Shown here: in pieces, positions 1 through 8,766 of the stretch
Position numbering within the stretch: position 1 is the stretch's first letter
How the letters are laid out: each line of letters opens with the position of its first letter
Source of the DNA: a virus
Virus record (IMG/VR): IMGVR_UViG_3300045938_000011
Location: 1 to 46,660 of that record
Length of the DNA stretch: 46,660 nucleotides
Direction: 5' to 3' (one strand)
Program-made: the position numbers and the translations under genes
Notes under the pieces: generated by a model
What the model saw: only the letters and a program-made list of their open reading frames with translations
Databases searched by the model: none
Told to the model about the DNA's origin: nothing

Positions 1-127
1 TATGAGAGCGCCTTCAATGGCGGGGTTGATGGCATTTGGGATACCTTCAAGCGCGAAGGGTTCCGTGCGATTGCGCTGGTGTTGGCTCGGCTCACGATTG
101 GCGAATCGCTGGCATCCGCGCTGGGGG
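1..127. repeat. Terminal overlap: exact copy of 46534..46660, giving circular closure of the contig
   Basis: Read directly. Nt 1-127 (tatgagagcgccttcaatgg...catccgcgctggggg) are identical to the last 127 nt of the window. Confidence 0.97.
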
Positions 128-507
128 GCGGGGGCGGCGGAGGGCTGGGTGCGATAGGTAAACTGCTAAGCGCAGTGCCGGGGTTTGCTACCGGCGGATC
201 AATGACGATTGGCGGCAATCCCGGCGTTGACCGTAACACCCTCTCGCTCAACGGTCAGCCGATCGCCAAGGTATCTCGGGGGGAAACTTTGGGGATCGCA
301 ACAAGCGCCGCACGGCAGCGCCCCGCTCAAACGGTCGTCCACCAGCATTTTAGCCTCGACGCGCGCGGCGGGCTGCTGCTGCCGGAGTTCGTTGCCGGCA
401 TCCGGGGCTATGTCGATGGCAAGGCAGCGCAAGCAACCAAGGCGGGCGCCACCACGGCATTGAACGCAGCTCCGGCAGCGCAGGCACGGCGGGCTTCGCT
501 AGGCTAG
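1..507 (+). CDS. Tail length tape measure protein, C-terminal part (continuation of 45067..46660 across the circular junction)
   Basis: Frame 1 is open from nt 1 and is in phase with the ORF that runs off the window end. Track ORF 79..507 is its tail. Stop is TAG at 505-507. Confidence 0.85.
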   Translation, partial: YESAFNGGVDGIWDTFKREGFRAIALVLARLTIGESLASALGGGGGGGLGAIGKLLSAVPGFATGGSMTIGGNPGVDRNTLSLNGQPIAKVSRGETLGIATSAARQRPAQTVVHQHFSLDARGGLLLPEFVAGIRGYVDGKAAQATKAGATTALNAAPAAQARRASLG

Positions 508-548
508 TGTCGGTAATAGTGCGGACGGCCCGCCCCTAGCGTCCCCGC

Positions 549-1271
549 ATGGCGCCGCGCGTTTTCCACCCGTGTCAGTTCAATTTCGCGGACGACGACA
601 TGCGGGTCGACGGGTCGACGATCAGCGGCGGTGTGTCCCTGTCGGGCTACGAGGACGTCATTCGCAATGACGGCGGCGGCTTCTGGCGGGCGGACTTCAC
701 GGGCGGCGACTTCGGCGACCGCGACGATGCGGGGCGCGCGGACACGCTGGCATGGCGGGCGCTGAACGCGGGTATGCTGGGTGGATCGGTAGCGGTGATC
801 GTCCGCTTCTGTGACAAGCTGCATCAGCCGGTCCTTGGATCGGCGCTGGTCCCGCATAGCGACGACACGCCGTTCAGCGACGACAGCCTATACCAAGGGT
901 CGGGCGCGAATGGGCGTGTGCTGGCGGTCGTCAACGGGCAGGCGGGCGGCAATCGAGCCACTGTCCTCGACATATCGCTGACTGCTGGTCGTGACCTCAT
1001 CGGCGGAGAGCGCTTCACCCATGTCCACCCCGAATGGGGCGAGCGGGCGTATGAGATCTACAGCGTCGAGCCGGTGACCGGCGGACTGCGCGTGACCTTC
1101 CAGCCTCCGATCCGTGGCGGCATCTCGGTCGGTGACCCGCTCGACTTCGACGATGTGCGGTGCCGGATGCGGCGCGTGTCGCAGCCATCCAATCCGCTGA
1201 ACATGGGCGCATTCTCGACTGCGTCGATCAGCTTTCAGGAGGACATGCGGCCTCCGGTGGCGATGCCGTGA
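549..1271 (+). CDS. Tail-tip module protein (distal-tail-protein position), family not recognised
   Basis: Track ORF of 240 aa and the first gene after the tape measure. Its stop overlaps the next start (GTGA). Confidence 0.6.
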   Translation: MAPRVFHPCQFNFADDDMRVDGSTISGGVSLSGYEDVIRNDGGGFWRADFTGGDFGDRDDAGRADTLAWRALNAGMLGGSVAVIVRFCDKLHQPVLGSALVPHSDDTPFSDDSLYQGSGANGRVLAVVNGQAGGNRATVLDISLTAGRDLIGGERFTHVHPEWGERAYEIYSVEPVTGGLRVTFQPPIRGGISVGDPLDFDDVRCRMRRVSQPSNPLNMGAFSTASISFQEDMRPPVAMP

Positions 1272-1810
1272 ACCGCAATCTACTGATCCGCATCGCGACC
1301 AACCCCCCGGCAAGGCTTTGGTCCGGGTCAGGCGACCTGCTGCTGCCGGCTGATGACGTCGAGACAGACGATTCAGCGCGCTACCTGGGCGGCGGCGAGC
1401 TGGTATCCGGTCTGGACGAGCTGGAGCAGCTTATCAACGGACGCGCGGATCGGCTCGATATCAATCTGGGCGGGGTGACAGCAGCGACGGTCAAGCTGGC
1501 TCTGGAAGAAGCGGCCGACGTGAAGGGCGCGGCGGTCGATATCGGCGTCGCGGTGTTTGATGACCTCTGGCAGCTGGTCGCGGTCGAGTGGCAGACCCGG
1601 TACATCGCTGACAAGCTCGGTATCGATCGGCAGCAGGCGTCGCGCGCGATCACCCTGTCGATGCGGTCGGATGATACCGGCCGGTCGCGGACGCCGAACA
1701 CCTATTGGACCGATGCGGATCAGCGCCGGCGTTCACCGACCGACCGCGCCTTCGAGCGGGTCTCAGGCCTAAATGCCGGAACGTCCCGCAATTTCGGGCC
1801 GAACGGGTGA
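1268..1810 (+). CDS. Tail-tip module protein, family not recognised
   Basis: GTG at 1268 overlaps the previous TGA, in the same frame as track ORF 1160..1810. Product is 180 aa. Confidence 0.55.
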   Translation: MNRNLLIRIATNPPARLWSGSGDLLLPADDVETDDSARYLGGGELVSGLDELEQLINGRADRLDINLGGVTAATVKLALEEAADVKGAAVDIGVAVFDDLWQLVAVEWQTRYIADKLGIDRQQASRAITLSMRSDDTGRSRTPNTYWTDADQRRRSPTDRAFERVSGLNAGTSRNFGPNG

Positions 1811-2196
1811 GGGTTGCGGACTATCTCGGCGCGCCGCGTCCTGCATGGGACTGGGTGGCGCTCGACTGCTGCCGGTGGGTCGATGGCTGGGTCCAGGCGC
1901 GCGGCTTCGTCAGCCCGATTGCGGCACTGGGCTTGACCTATGATAGCGAGCGTTCGGCACTGCGCTGCATCCGCAAGGCCGGTGGGCTGGTGCCGCTATG
2001 GCGCAAGGGCATGGCGCTGGTCGGCGTCGAGGAAGCCGACGCGCCCATGGTCGGATCGGTAGGCGTGATCCGCCGCGCGACGTCGTGCGGCAGGAACGAA
2101 GCGGCAGCAATCTTTACGGGCGACCGCTGGGTGTCGCTGGGCCTGCGCGGCCTCGATTTCGGCCCCGCCGAGGCACTGGCGGTGTGGCATGTCTAA
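1807..2196 (+). CDS. Small tail-associated protein, possibly NlpC/P60-like
   Basis: GTG at 1807 overlaps the previous TGA, in the frame of track ORF 1705..2196. The LDCCRWVDGW motif and the position after hub-like genes match GTA-type tails. Confidence 0.45.
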   Translation: MRVADYLGAPRPAWDWVALDCCRWVDGWVQARGFVSPIAALGLTYDSERSALRCIRKAGGLVPLWRKGMALVGVEEADAPMVGSVGVIRRATSCGRNEAAAIFTGDRWVSLGLRGLDFGPAEALAVWHV

Positions 2197-4126
2197 GACG
2201 CTCAACAGCGTGCTGCGCGTCGCGGCAATTGCGGGCTTGGCCTACATCACTGGCGGCGTGGCGCTGGGCGTGGCTGGTGGCTTGAGCGTCGGGACCGCCT
2301 TTGCAGGCGTGGCGGGTACGCTGGGCGTGTCTACCTCGACATTGGCTATTGCGACCGTGACGACGGCCGCGCGCGTCTTTGGCGGCGGGAGCAGTCCTGC
2401 ACCGAAGGCTGAGACGACCGCAACCGCGCTGCGCACCGAGCGCCCGCCCCGCATTTCCGCCTATGGCCGCGTCAAGCTATTCGGCGCGTACATCCTGTAC
2501 GAGACTGCCGGCGACGGTACGGCGGTCGATGCATGGGCGTTCCACGAAGGGCGCATTGACGCGATCGAGGCGTGGTATCTCGGCGATAAGCTGGTGACGC
2601 GTCTGTCGAACGGCTTCGTGGCACGCGGCGAGGATGGGGCATATGGTGCCAACGACGTAATCCAGATTGGCGCCAATCTGGGCGCGGCGACCGAGACTGC
2701 GCACGCCGCGCTAGTCGCCAAGCTGCCCGGCATCTGGACGGTCGACCATCGCGGCGATGGCGTCGTCACCGGCTACATGATTTCGAAGCCGGTCAAGGCG
2801 AAGTACTTCCAGGAGGTCTACCCGTCCGGCGGCCCCAATCAGACGCCGCTCGCGATCGTCATTCGCGCGCAGCCGGTATTTGACTGGCGTGACCCGTCGC
2901 AGTCGGTGAATGACCCTCTGACGTGGAAGTGGTCGGAGAATGCCTGGCTGCATATCGCGCATTACGAGCTGGTGAGGAACGGCAAGTCGTGGGAGCGGCA
3001 TTTCCTGCCGACGCTCGCGTTTTGGACGGCGGCGGTAGATGACGCCGACTTGGCCGTGCCGCTCAAGTCCGGCGGCACCGAGCCGCGCTATCGGTCGTGC
3101 GTCAGCCATCGTCATGCGGGGGACGGGTCTGAGCATAAGGCGGTGCTGGCGGCGCTGCTGGGCTGCTGTGACGGGTGGCTATCGCCTAGGCAGGACGGCG
3201 CACTCGTGCCGCGCGCTGGCCGGTATTACCCACCCGTTGTCAGCATCGGGCCAGATGTTGTCGTCGCCTATTCGGTCGAAGACGGCATTGAGGACGAGAA
3301 CGCCATCAATCAGATCGGCGTGACCTATGTCTCGGCCGCGCATGATTACAATACTGTCGACACCGATGCTTGGACGGACGAAACTGATATTCTGGCGCGC
3401 GGCGCGATCCGCTCGGACGATCTGCCCAATCAGGTGCCGTCGCACGCTCAGGCTCGCCGTCTAGCCAAGCGCCGCATGGCTCAGGCGATGGCCCCGAAGC
3501 GTGGGACGTTCGTCACGACCAGCGCCGGGGCTGCTATCCTCGGCGAGCGGTACATTGACCTGCTGCTGGCCGAGGGCGTCGGCACGGACGATGAGTTCGT
3601 CGCTTATGATGGCCCGGTTGAAATCACTCAGCTATCGCGCAATCTTCAGACTGGCGCGGTGTCTGCGTCGTGGATCGCGGCTGATCCGAACATCGACGCG
3701 TGGAACCCCGCGACCGAGGAAGGCGAGCCGGCACCGACCGGTGATCGTATCGCGCGTGAGCCGCTGGAAACGCCGATGATTATCAGCGCGTCCGCCGTCT
3801 TCAGCCCGGTCGGCCAGAACCCGGAGACGGAGGACCCTGAAGGCGCTCCGGTTGACGGCACACAATCGACGGGCGCGCGAGTACTGATCGCAGCCACCGG
3901 CCCTGATCGCCCGGATATGACGTGGTACGCGCGGTGGCGAGTCGGCACCACGGGTAGCTGGAATGAGCGGGAATATGCCGACGCTGACCCCGGTCCCGGC
4001 GTGTCTTTCGAGACGGAATTCGTGCCGCTGGCCGCAAACATCAACGTCCAGGTGGCCTATTCAGTTGGCGACGGTCGTCTGTCCGATTGGTCACCGTCGT
4101 CCGTAGTCGACACCCGCCCCGCATGA
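2189..4126 (+). CDS. Central tail fibre / host specificity protein (lambda J / Phage-tail_3-like)
   Basis: 645 aa with a hydrophobic Gly-rich N-terminus. RISAYGRVKLFGAYILYE..HEGRIDAIEAWYLGDKL resembles the conserved J-like core. It lies last in the tail-tip block. Confidence 0.65.
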   Translation: MSKTLNSVLRVAAIAGLAYITGGVALGVAGGLSVGTAFAGVAGTLGVSTSTLAIATVTTAARVFGGGSSPAPKAETTATALRTERPPRISAYGRVKLFGAYILYETAGDGTAVDAWAFHEGRIDAIEAWYLGDKLVTRLSNGFVARGEDGAYGANDVIQIGANLGAATETAHAALVAKLPGIWTVDHRGDGVVTGYMISKPVKAKYFQEVYPSGGPNQTPLAIVIRAQPVFDWRDPSQSVNDPLTWKWSENAWLHIAHYELVRNGKSWERHFLPTLAFWTAAVDDADLAVPLKSGGTEPRYRSCVSHRHAGDGSEHKAVLAALLGCCDGWLSPRQDGALVPRAGRYYPPVVSIGPDVVVAYSVEDGIEDENAINQIGVTYVSAAHDYNTVDTDAWTDETDILARGAIRSDDLPNQVPSHAQARRLAKRRMAQAMAPKRGTFVTTSAGAAILGERYIDLLLAEGVGTDDEFVAYDGPVEITQLSRNLQTGAVSASWIAADPNIDAWNPATEEGEPAPTGDRIAREPLETPMIISASAVFSPVGQNPETEDPEGAPVDGTQSTGARVLIAATGPDRPDMTWYARWRVGTTGSWNEREYADADPGPGVSFETEFVPLAANINVQVAYSVGDGRLSDWSPSSVVDTRPA

Positions 4127-4187
4127 CGGCGGTACGGCTAGCAATCCCCAGCCTTAGCGTGGCCGCGACGCTGGTTCGGAGATAGTC

Positions 4188-6281
4188 GTGGGTGAGATTG
4201 CAGACGGCTTTGCCGACACCTTCCGGGATTACACTATCGGCAATTTGCCTTCTGCTGGCGCGTATGAGCCGAAAAAGTCGGAAATCAGGGCTTTGGCATT
4301 GCCCATTGAGGCGGGCATCGCAGCGGCGGCACTGTCTGGCACCGATCTGAACCAGGCCATGACGCTGGTCGCGCCGCTTCTTGTTACGGCGCAACGGGCG
4401 CGAACCGCAGCCGAAAGGGCAGCATCTGACGTAACCCGCGTGGTCAATGCAATCCCGGCACAAGTCAAGGCCCAGCTCGATGGCGCCGCCGCCAAGGCAG
4501 TCGTAACCGCCACCGCCGAGGCCAAGGGCTACGCGCAGGACGCACGCCGCTACCTGTTCGCGTTCCCCGACTATTATCAGGGGTCGCCCGGTGGCGACGC
4601 CGGCCAGTTTGGCCTATTCACTGTCATCCCCACGATGAATTTTGCAGCGGGCATCAACCGCATTCAGTCGACCGGATTCGCTTCCCGGGGCGATGGCGGT
4701 GAGTTCGCCTATACCCGATGGTCCGAGCCGCTGGACCCACTGCCGACCGAAGGTGAAGGCGTGTGGTGGAATAGGGGGCTGGACGGGTCAATCTGGCAGA
4801 TCGCCCCGGCGGATGAACACCCGGCGCAAGCTTTCGGCGCGCTCGGTGACCCGGAAGTCGACACCGCCCCAATCTTCAATGCCGCCCTTTCCGCACCACA
4901 GGTCCGCCGCATCAACATCGGCCCGCTGACGCACCTTTTCACCCCACAGATCACCGTACCGAGCGGCAAGGCCCTGCGCGGCGTCAATCGGTCGGTGTCC
5001 TGGATGAAGGTCATGCCGCTGCCGGTCGGACAGACGCAGACCGGTCCGCGCTTTGCGATCGTGCATCAGGACGACACGGGCGGGCTGTCGGAGGACTATT
5101 CGCTCGATTGCCAGAGGTCCGGGCTTGGGCGCGGCGACACGAACCGCACGCACGGCCTCTGCATCATCGCGACCAACGAAGGTCGCTGTGAAGGTACCCG
5201 CATCCGCCGCGTCGACGTGCATAACGTCTGGGGCTACGCGCAGTACACGGTCGCCGCCGCTCTCAGCAACGCGGAGATCGTAGACATCGCGCACGAGGAC
5301 TGCCGGGCGATAAATTGTCAGGTGGGCTTCGAGACGACGGGCAATATCGATGCCAGCTGGTCGCGCGACACCTATGCTTTCGGCGGCGCAATGGACGGCG
5401 GCACGGTGATCCCGAACGAGGCGCTGTATCATGAGTACGGCGCAATCAAGTCGTTCGACCGGTACAATGCGACCGGGCGCGGAACGGCAGGCGCGGGTAT
5501 TCTCGTCTTCACGACCGATGGCGTCGACTTGGGGCGGGTGAAGTATCACAATCCCGACGTGGTGCCGAATGTGGGCACGGGCACGGCGCTGTTCGTCGAG
5601 GGTCGCGACGGCAACCGGGTCCAGCAATTCGAGATTGAAGGCGGCGACGTCATCAGCAGCGCGCAGGGCGCACTGGTCCGCAACGCCGGTATGGTCATTC
5701 GCGGGACCAACATTGTCGGCCTGAACGGCAACGGACTGGAAATCGGAACCGGCGGCGATGTGGACCTGCACGCGCCTACCGTCGAAGCCAATCGCGACGC
5801 CAGCGGCACGACGGCGGCGGTTGGCATCGTGGTCGACGGCACCGGCACCCGGCGCTGGTACGGCAGCGGGCGGATCGCGGCGAATGGTCCTGCGGGTTCG
5901 TACTCGGTCAACAAGTCGCTGCTGACGTTCTTCGGCGATCCCGAGTTCGATCCGTTTGGTGATCCGATCCCGCCGCAACCCGGGAGCGTCGTGCGGCAGC
6001 GCATGTTCCGTATCCCCCGCGCCGACTGGATTACTAATGGAACGCAGGACCTGCAGGTGCGGATCGACCTCACCGCCGCGCAGGAAGACCGCGTCGCGGA
6101 CATCGACAAGGCGCATCTGATTCCGACGCTTGAATTCCCCTTCCCTAACGGTGGGGTCAATAATCCGACCGTGACCTTCTCGACCCTCTGGATCGATCCG
6201 ACACAGGTCCGAGTCTACGTGAAGTGCGATCAGCCCCTGACTGGATGGGTGCTGAAGGCCCAGCTGACCGAATACGCGTAA
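4188..6281 (+). CDS. Tail fibre / tailspike with a pectate-lyase-like beta-helix (putative polysaccharide depolymerase)
   Basis: 697 aa with a GTG start after GGAGA. AFGALGDPEVDTAPIFNAAL resembles the Pectate_lyase_3 entry motif. Downstream segments are repetitive and rich in G, N and V. Confidence 0.6.
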   Translation: MGEIADGFADTFRDYTIGNLPSAGAYEPKKSEIRALALPIEAGIAAAALSGTDLNQAMTLVAPLLVTAQRARTAAERAASDVTRVVNAIPAQVKAQLDGAAAKAVVTATAEAKGYAQDARRYLFAFPDYYQGSPGGDAGQFGLFTVIPTMNFAAGINRIQSTGFASRGDGGEFAYTRWSEPLDPLPTEGEGVWWNRGLDGSIWQIAPADEHPAQAFGALGDPEVDTAPIFNAALSAPQVRRINIGPLTHLFTPQITVPSGKALRGVNRSVSWMKVMPLPVGQTQTGPRFAIVHQDDTGGLSEDYSLDCQRSGLGRGDTNRTHGLCIIATNEGRCEGTRIRRVDVHNVWGYAQYTVAAALSNAEIVDIAHEDCRAINCQVGFETTGNIDASWSRDTYAFGGAMDGGTVIPNEALYHEYGAIKSFDRYNATGRGTAGAGILVFTTDGVDLGRVKYHNPDVVPNVGTGTALFVEGRDGNRVQQFEIEGGDVISSAQGALVRNAGMVIRGTNIVGLNGNGLEIGTGGDVDLHAPTVEANRDASGTTAAVGIVVDGTGTRRWYGSGRIAANGPAGSYSVNKSLLTFFGDPEFDPFGDPIPPQPGSVVRQRMFRIPRADWITNGTQDLQVRIDLTAAQEDRVADIDKAHLIPTLEFPFPNGGVNNPTVTFSTLWIDPTQVRVYVKCDQPLTGWVLKAQLTEYA

Positions 6282-6339
6282 CGGAGCGCGCCAAAGCGGA
6301 CGCGCTGAAGCTCGACGAAGAAGCCGAGAACGAAGGAGA

Positions 6340-6432
6340 ATGAGAATGCGACAGGTTCCCACGAGTCCGCCCAGCCCTACGCCGACGCCTACCCCGACGC
6401 CGCCGGCCAAGCCGACTGGCAGTCCGAAGTAA
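6340..6432 (+). CDS. 30-aa Pro/Thr-rich micro-protein (MRMRQVPTSPPSPTPTPTPTPPAKPTGSPK)
   Basis: Below the track cutoff. The ATG is preceded by GAAGGAG, and its TAA overlaps the next ATG (TAATG at 6430-6434). Confidence 0.4.
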   Translation: MRMRQVPTSPPSPTPTPTPTPPAKPTGSPK

Positions 6433-6893
6433 TGGGCACCGCGACCATCCTGTACGGAGCTGGCTGCGCGGTGACGCTGTGGCTTGCGCGCAATGACGAC
6501 CGGCGCCTTTCGCTGGCGTTCGCGCTGGCCTACGTCTGGATGGTCGCGAACGCCGCGTATCACATCGATGCGATGATGACGCTGGTACTGGTCGACGTGC
6601 TGGTAGCGAGCCTTGCTGCCTGCATCGGGCGCGGACCGGCCATGGACGAGATCGTCATTCTGTCGGCGGCACGGGTCGGACTGCACATCGCGAGCGCTAT
6701 GGGGGCACCATACGAAGCGTTCGCGTGGGGGTATAACGCCACTTTCGCGGCCATGCTGGCGTCGGTGGCATCCAACGGGGGGATTGTCGGTGGACTACGC
6801 GATTGCGGCCGCGCTTGGCGCAATCGCCGTGGCCGGGGTGGTGGGGGAGCATTTCGGCTTGCGTCGCCTGTGGCGACGCTGGCGGGGGCGTAG
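6432..6893 (+). CDS. Polytopic membrane protein at the head of the lysis cassette
   Basis: Track ORF of 153 aa with about four hydrophobic helices, translationally coupled to its neighbours. Confidence 0.6.
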   Translation: MGTATILYGAGCAVTLWLARNDDRRLSLAFALAYVWMVANAAYHIDAMMTLVLVDVLVASLAACIGRGPAMDEIVILSAARVGLHIASAMGAPYEAFAWGYNATFAAMLASVASNGGIVGGLRDCGRAWRNRRGRGGGGAFRLASPVATLAGA

Positions 6894-7340
6894 ATGATGC
6901 TCAGCACCGTCGAAGCAATCCTTTCAAAAGGTACTGCGAGCGGATGGACGCTATGCGTGATCGGGCTAGTCGGCCTCTTTGGCATCTGGCGCATCTACGT
7001 GCTGCAAAGCCCGAAGCGCCGGGAGCAGGATATTGCTGAGGACGCGCAATTGCGGGTCGAGAAGCGCGACGACATCGCCAAGCTGACCGACCGAATCGCG
7101 CTGCTGGAACGCAAGGTCGAAGAAGCCAACACGTCGGCTCACATGACCCAGATGAAGCTGGTCAGCACGCTGGCAGCTTTCCGCCTACTGGCGAGCGAAT
7201 TGCAGAAGGTCGATCCCGACAACCCCGTACTGAAGCAGGCGATGGACCTAATCGGGTTGGCCGCGACCGACGACTTCGGCGTGGGGGCGGGGCTGTCCCA
7301 CCTCGCGCGCCTCAACACCATGAAGGGGGTAGGGGATTAA
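6894..7340 (+). CDS. N-terminally anchored coiled-coil protein (i-spanin-like or holin regulator)
   Basis: 148 aa with one TM (WTLCVIGLVGLFGIWRIYVL) followed by a long charged helix. Its stop overlaps the endolysin ATG (TAATG). Confidence 0.55.
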   Translation: MMLSTVEAILSKGTASGWTLCVIGLVGLFGIWRIYVLQSPKRREQDIAEDAQLRVEKRDDIAKLTDRIALLERKVEEANTSAHMTQMKLVSTLAAFRLLASELQKVDPDNPVLKQAMDLIGLAATDDFGVGAGLSHLARLNTMKGVGD

Positions 7341-8008
7341 TGGACAAGAAAGCCACCCAGCAGCGCCTAGGCGTAACGCCAGACGGCATCTTCGGCATCG
7401 GCAGCTATAGCGCGCTGCTGCGCGTCGTGGGGCCATCGGCCGACCCTGCCGTGATCCGTTCGCTCGCCAACGCCTGCACGATCCACCTGCCGGCCTATGG
7501 CGTCGACCAGTCAGTAACCCGCCTTGCTGACTTCTTTGCACAAACTGCAAATGAGACGGGCGGCTACCGCGTGTTCGTCGAGAACCTGAATTACAGCAGC
7601 GAGGCGTTGGTCCGCACGTGGCCGTCGCGGTTCACGCCCGCCAGTGCCGCACAGGTCGCCCGCAAGCCCGAATTGATCGCCGACAAGGTGTATCAGGGCC
7701 GCATGGGCAACACGCAGCCCGGCGATGGCTGGGCATTCCGGGGGCGAGGCATGCTCCAGCTCACCGGCCGCGCGAATTACGAGGCGGCGGATCGGCGCTT
7801 GGGGCTGGGGCTGGACACCAATCCCGACATTGCCGCCGTACCCGCTATGTCGCTGCTGATTGCATGCGATTTCTACCGCGACCGCAAGGTGTTCGACGCC
7901 CTGGATCGCGGCGACACGACCGGGGCGCGACGCATCACGAACGGCGGCACGATCGGGCTGGATCACGTCAATGCACTGCGGGCGAAGCTGTTGGAGGTGT
8001 TGCGGTGA
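7340..8008 (+). CDS. Endolysin: PG_binding_1-like N-terminus plus a GH19 (chitinase-like) muramidase domain
   Basis: LGVTPDGIFG is a peptidoglycan-binding motif. FFAQTANETGG and FRGRGMLQLTGRANY are GH19 signatures. Confidence 0.85.
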   Translation: MDKKATQQRLGVTPDGIFGIGSYSALLRVVGPSADPAVIRSLANACTIHLPAYGVDQSVTRLADFFAQTANETGGYRVFVENLNYSSEALVRTWPSRFTPASAAQVARKPELIADKVYQGRMGNTQPGDGWAFRGRGMLQLTGRANYEAADRRLGLGLDTNPDIAAVPAMSLLIACDFYRDRKVFDALDRGDTTGARRITNGGTIGLDHVNALRAKLLEVLR

Positions 8009-8010
8009 GC

Positions 8011-8220
8011 ATGGACGAAGAAACCCGCGACCTGATCGCCTTCCTCGCTACGCTGGTGTCGATCGTGCTGCTGTCGAAGATTGGCGGCACCGGCAGCGAC
8101 CTTGCCATCATGACCGGTCTGGTCGGCGTGCTGGGTATGCTGGTCGGGTCAAAGCGGTCGAAGCGTGGCCCCACAGGCACGCCTACTGACCCCGTATCTG
8201 TGGAGGAAACCAAGCCATGA
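8011..8220 (+). CDS. Holin candidate (two TM helices, charged C-terminus)
   Basis: The ATG lies 3 nt after the endolysin stop, in the frame of track ORF 7618..8220. Product is 69 aa, with LIAFLATLVSIVLL and LAIMTGLVGVLGMLVG followed by SKRSKRG. Confidence 0.6.
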   Translation: MDEETRDLIAFLATLVSIVLLSKIGGTGSDLAIMTGLVGVLGMLVGSKRSKRGPTGTPTDPVSVEETKP

Positions 8221-8378
8221 AGATCAACATCAAGAAAGCTGCCACCTCGGTCGTAAAGACCGTGAAGGAGAACCCCGAAACCGCGCTGGCGATCGTGTCG
8301 CTGCTGGCACCGGGCCTGTTCCGCAAGCTGGCTCCCAAGGTCGTGCCGATCATCGTGGCTGCGGCGGGGAAGCGGTAG
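8217..8378 (+). CDS. 53-aa small membrane protein, last gene of the lysis cassette
   Basis: Below the track cutoff. It has an ATGA overlap with the previous stop. Sequence is MKINIKKAATSVVKTVKENPETALAIVSLLAPGLFRKLAPKVVPIIVAAAGKR. Confidence 0.45.
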   Translation: MKINIKKAATSVVKTVKENPETALAIVSLLAPGLFRKLAPKVVPIIVAAAGKR

Positions 8379-8379
8379 C

Positions 8380-8456
8380 TGGCCTGCCCGGCAGGATTCG
8401 AACCTGCACTCTCGGGAATAGAAGTCTCGTGGCCTATCCAGTTGGCCTACGGGCAG
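8380..8456 (-). tRNA. tRNA-Arg, anticodon UCU, with encoded CCA
   Basis: Hand-folded 77-nt cloverleaf. Acceptor CTGCCCG/CGGGCAG, D arm GGCC-AACTGGATA-GGCC, anticodon loop CT-TCT-AT, T arm GCAGG-TTCGAAT-CCTGC, then G-CCA. There is one A:C mismatch in the anticodon stem. Confidence 0.85.
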
Positions 8457-8766
8457 GCAAAAGCTAGTACTGCGGGTGCCTGTCCTAGATATTTAAGACC
8501 CACACGCTCGGCACCGGGTAGTAGGGTCTGGCTATCGTAAAGCCCACCTCGCGGTCGCAGCCCCACCACCCTACACGACTCGCGGGATTCCGCAAGTTCC
8601 GCTTTGTCAACGGGGCGGGGTGTGGTAGTTTCGTCGCGCTCCGATGGATATGGCATCCGCCTATGGCGTAAGCTGATGACCCTGAGCACGATGGGTGGCG
8701 ACGAATAGGCTGGCAACGGCGGCATCTGCGTCACAATCGGGAACCCGCAACCCGGCCACCCACTTT

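Noticed and set aside
1-127. Biological direct terminal repeat, or the end of a mobile element
   Set aside because: A coding frame runs straight through the join, and the length equals a common assembler k-mer. A true DTR cannot be excluded without reads, so it is kept as a caveat in the findings.
4788-6686. 632-aa minus-strand ORF
   Set aside because: It lies antisense to the tailspike gene and the following membrane gene. It has the same Arg/Gly-rich composition and no operon context on that strand.
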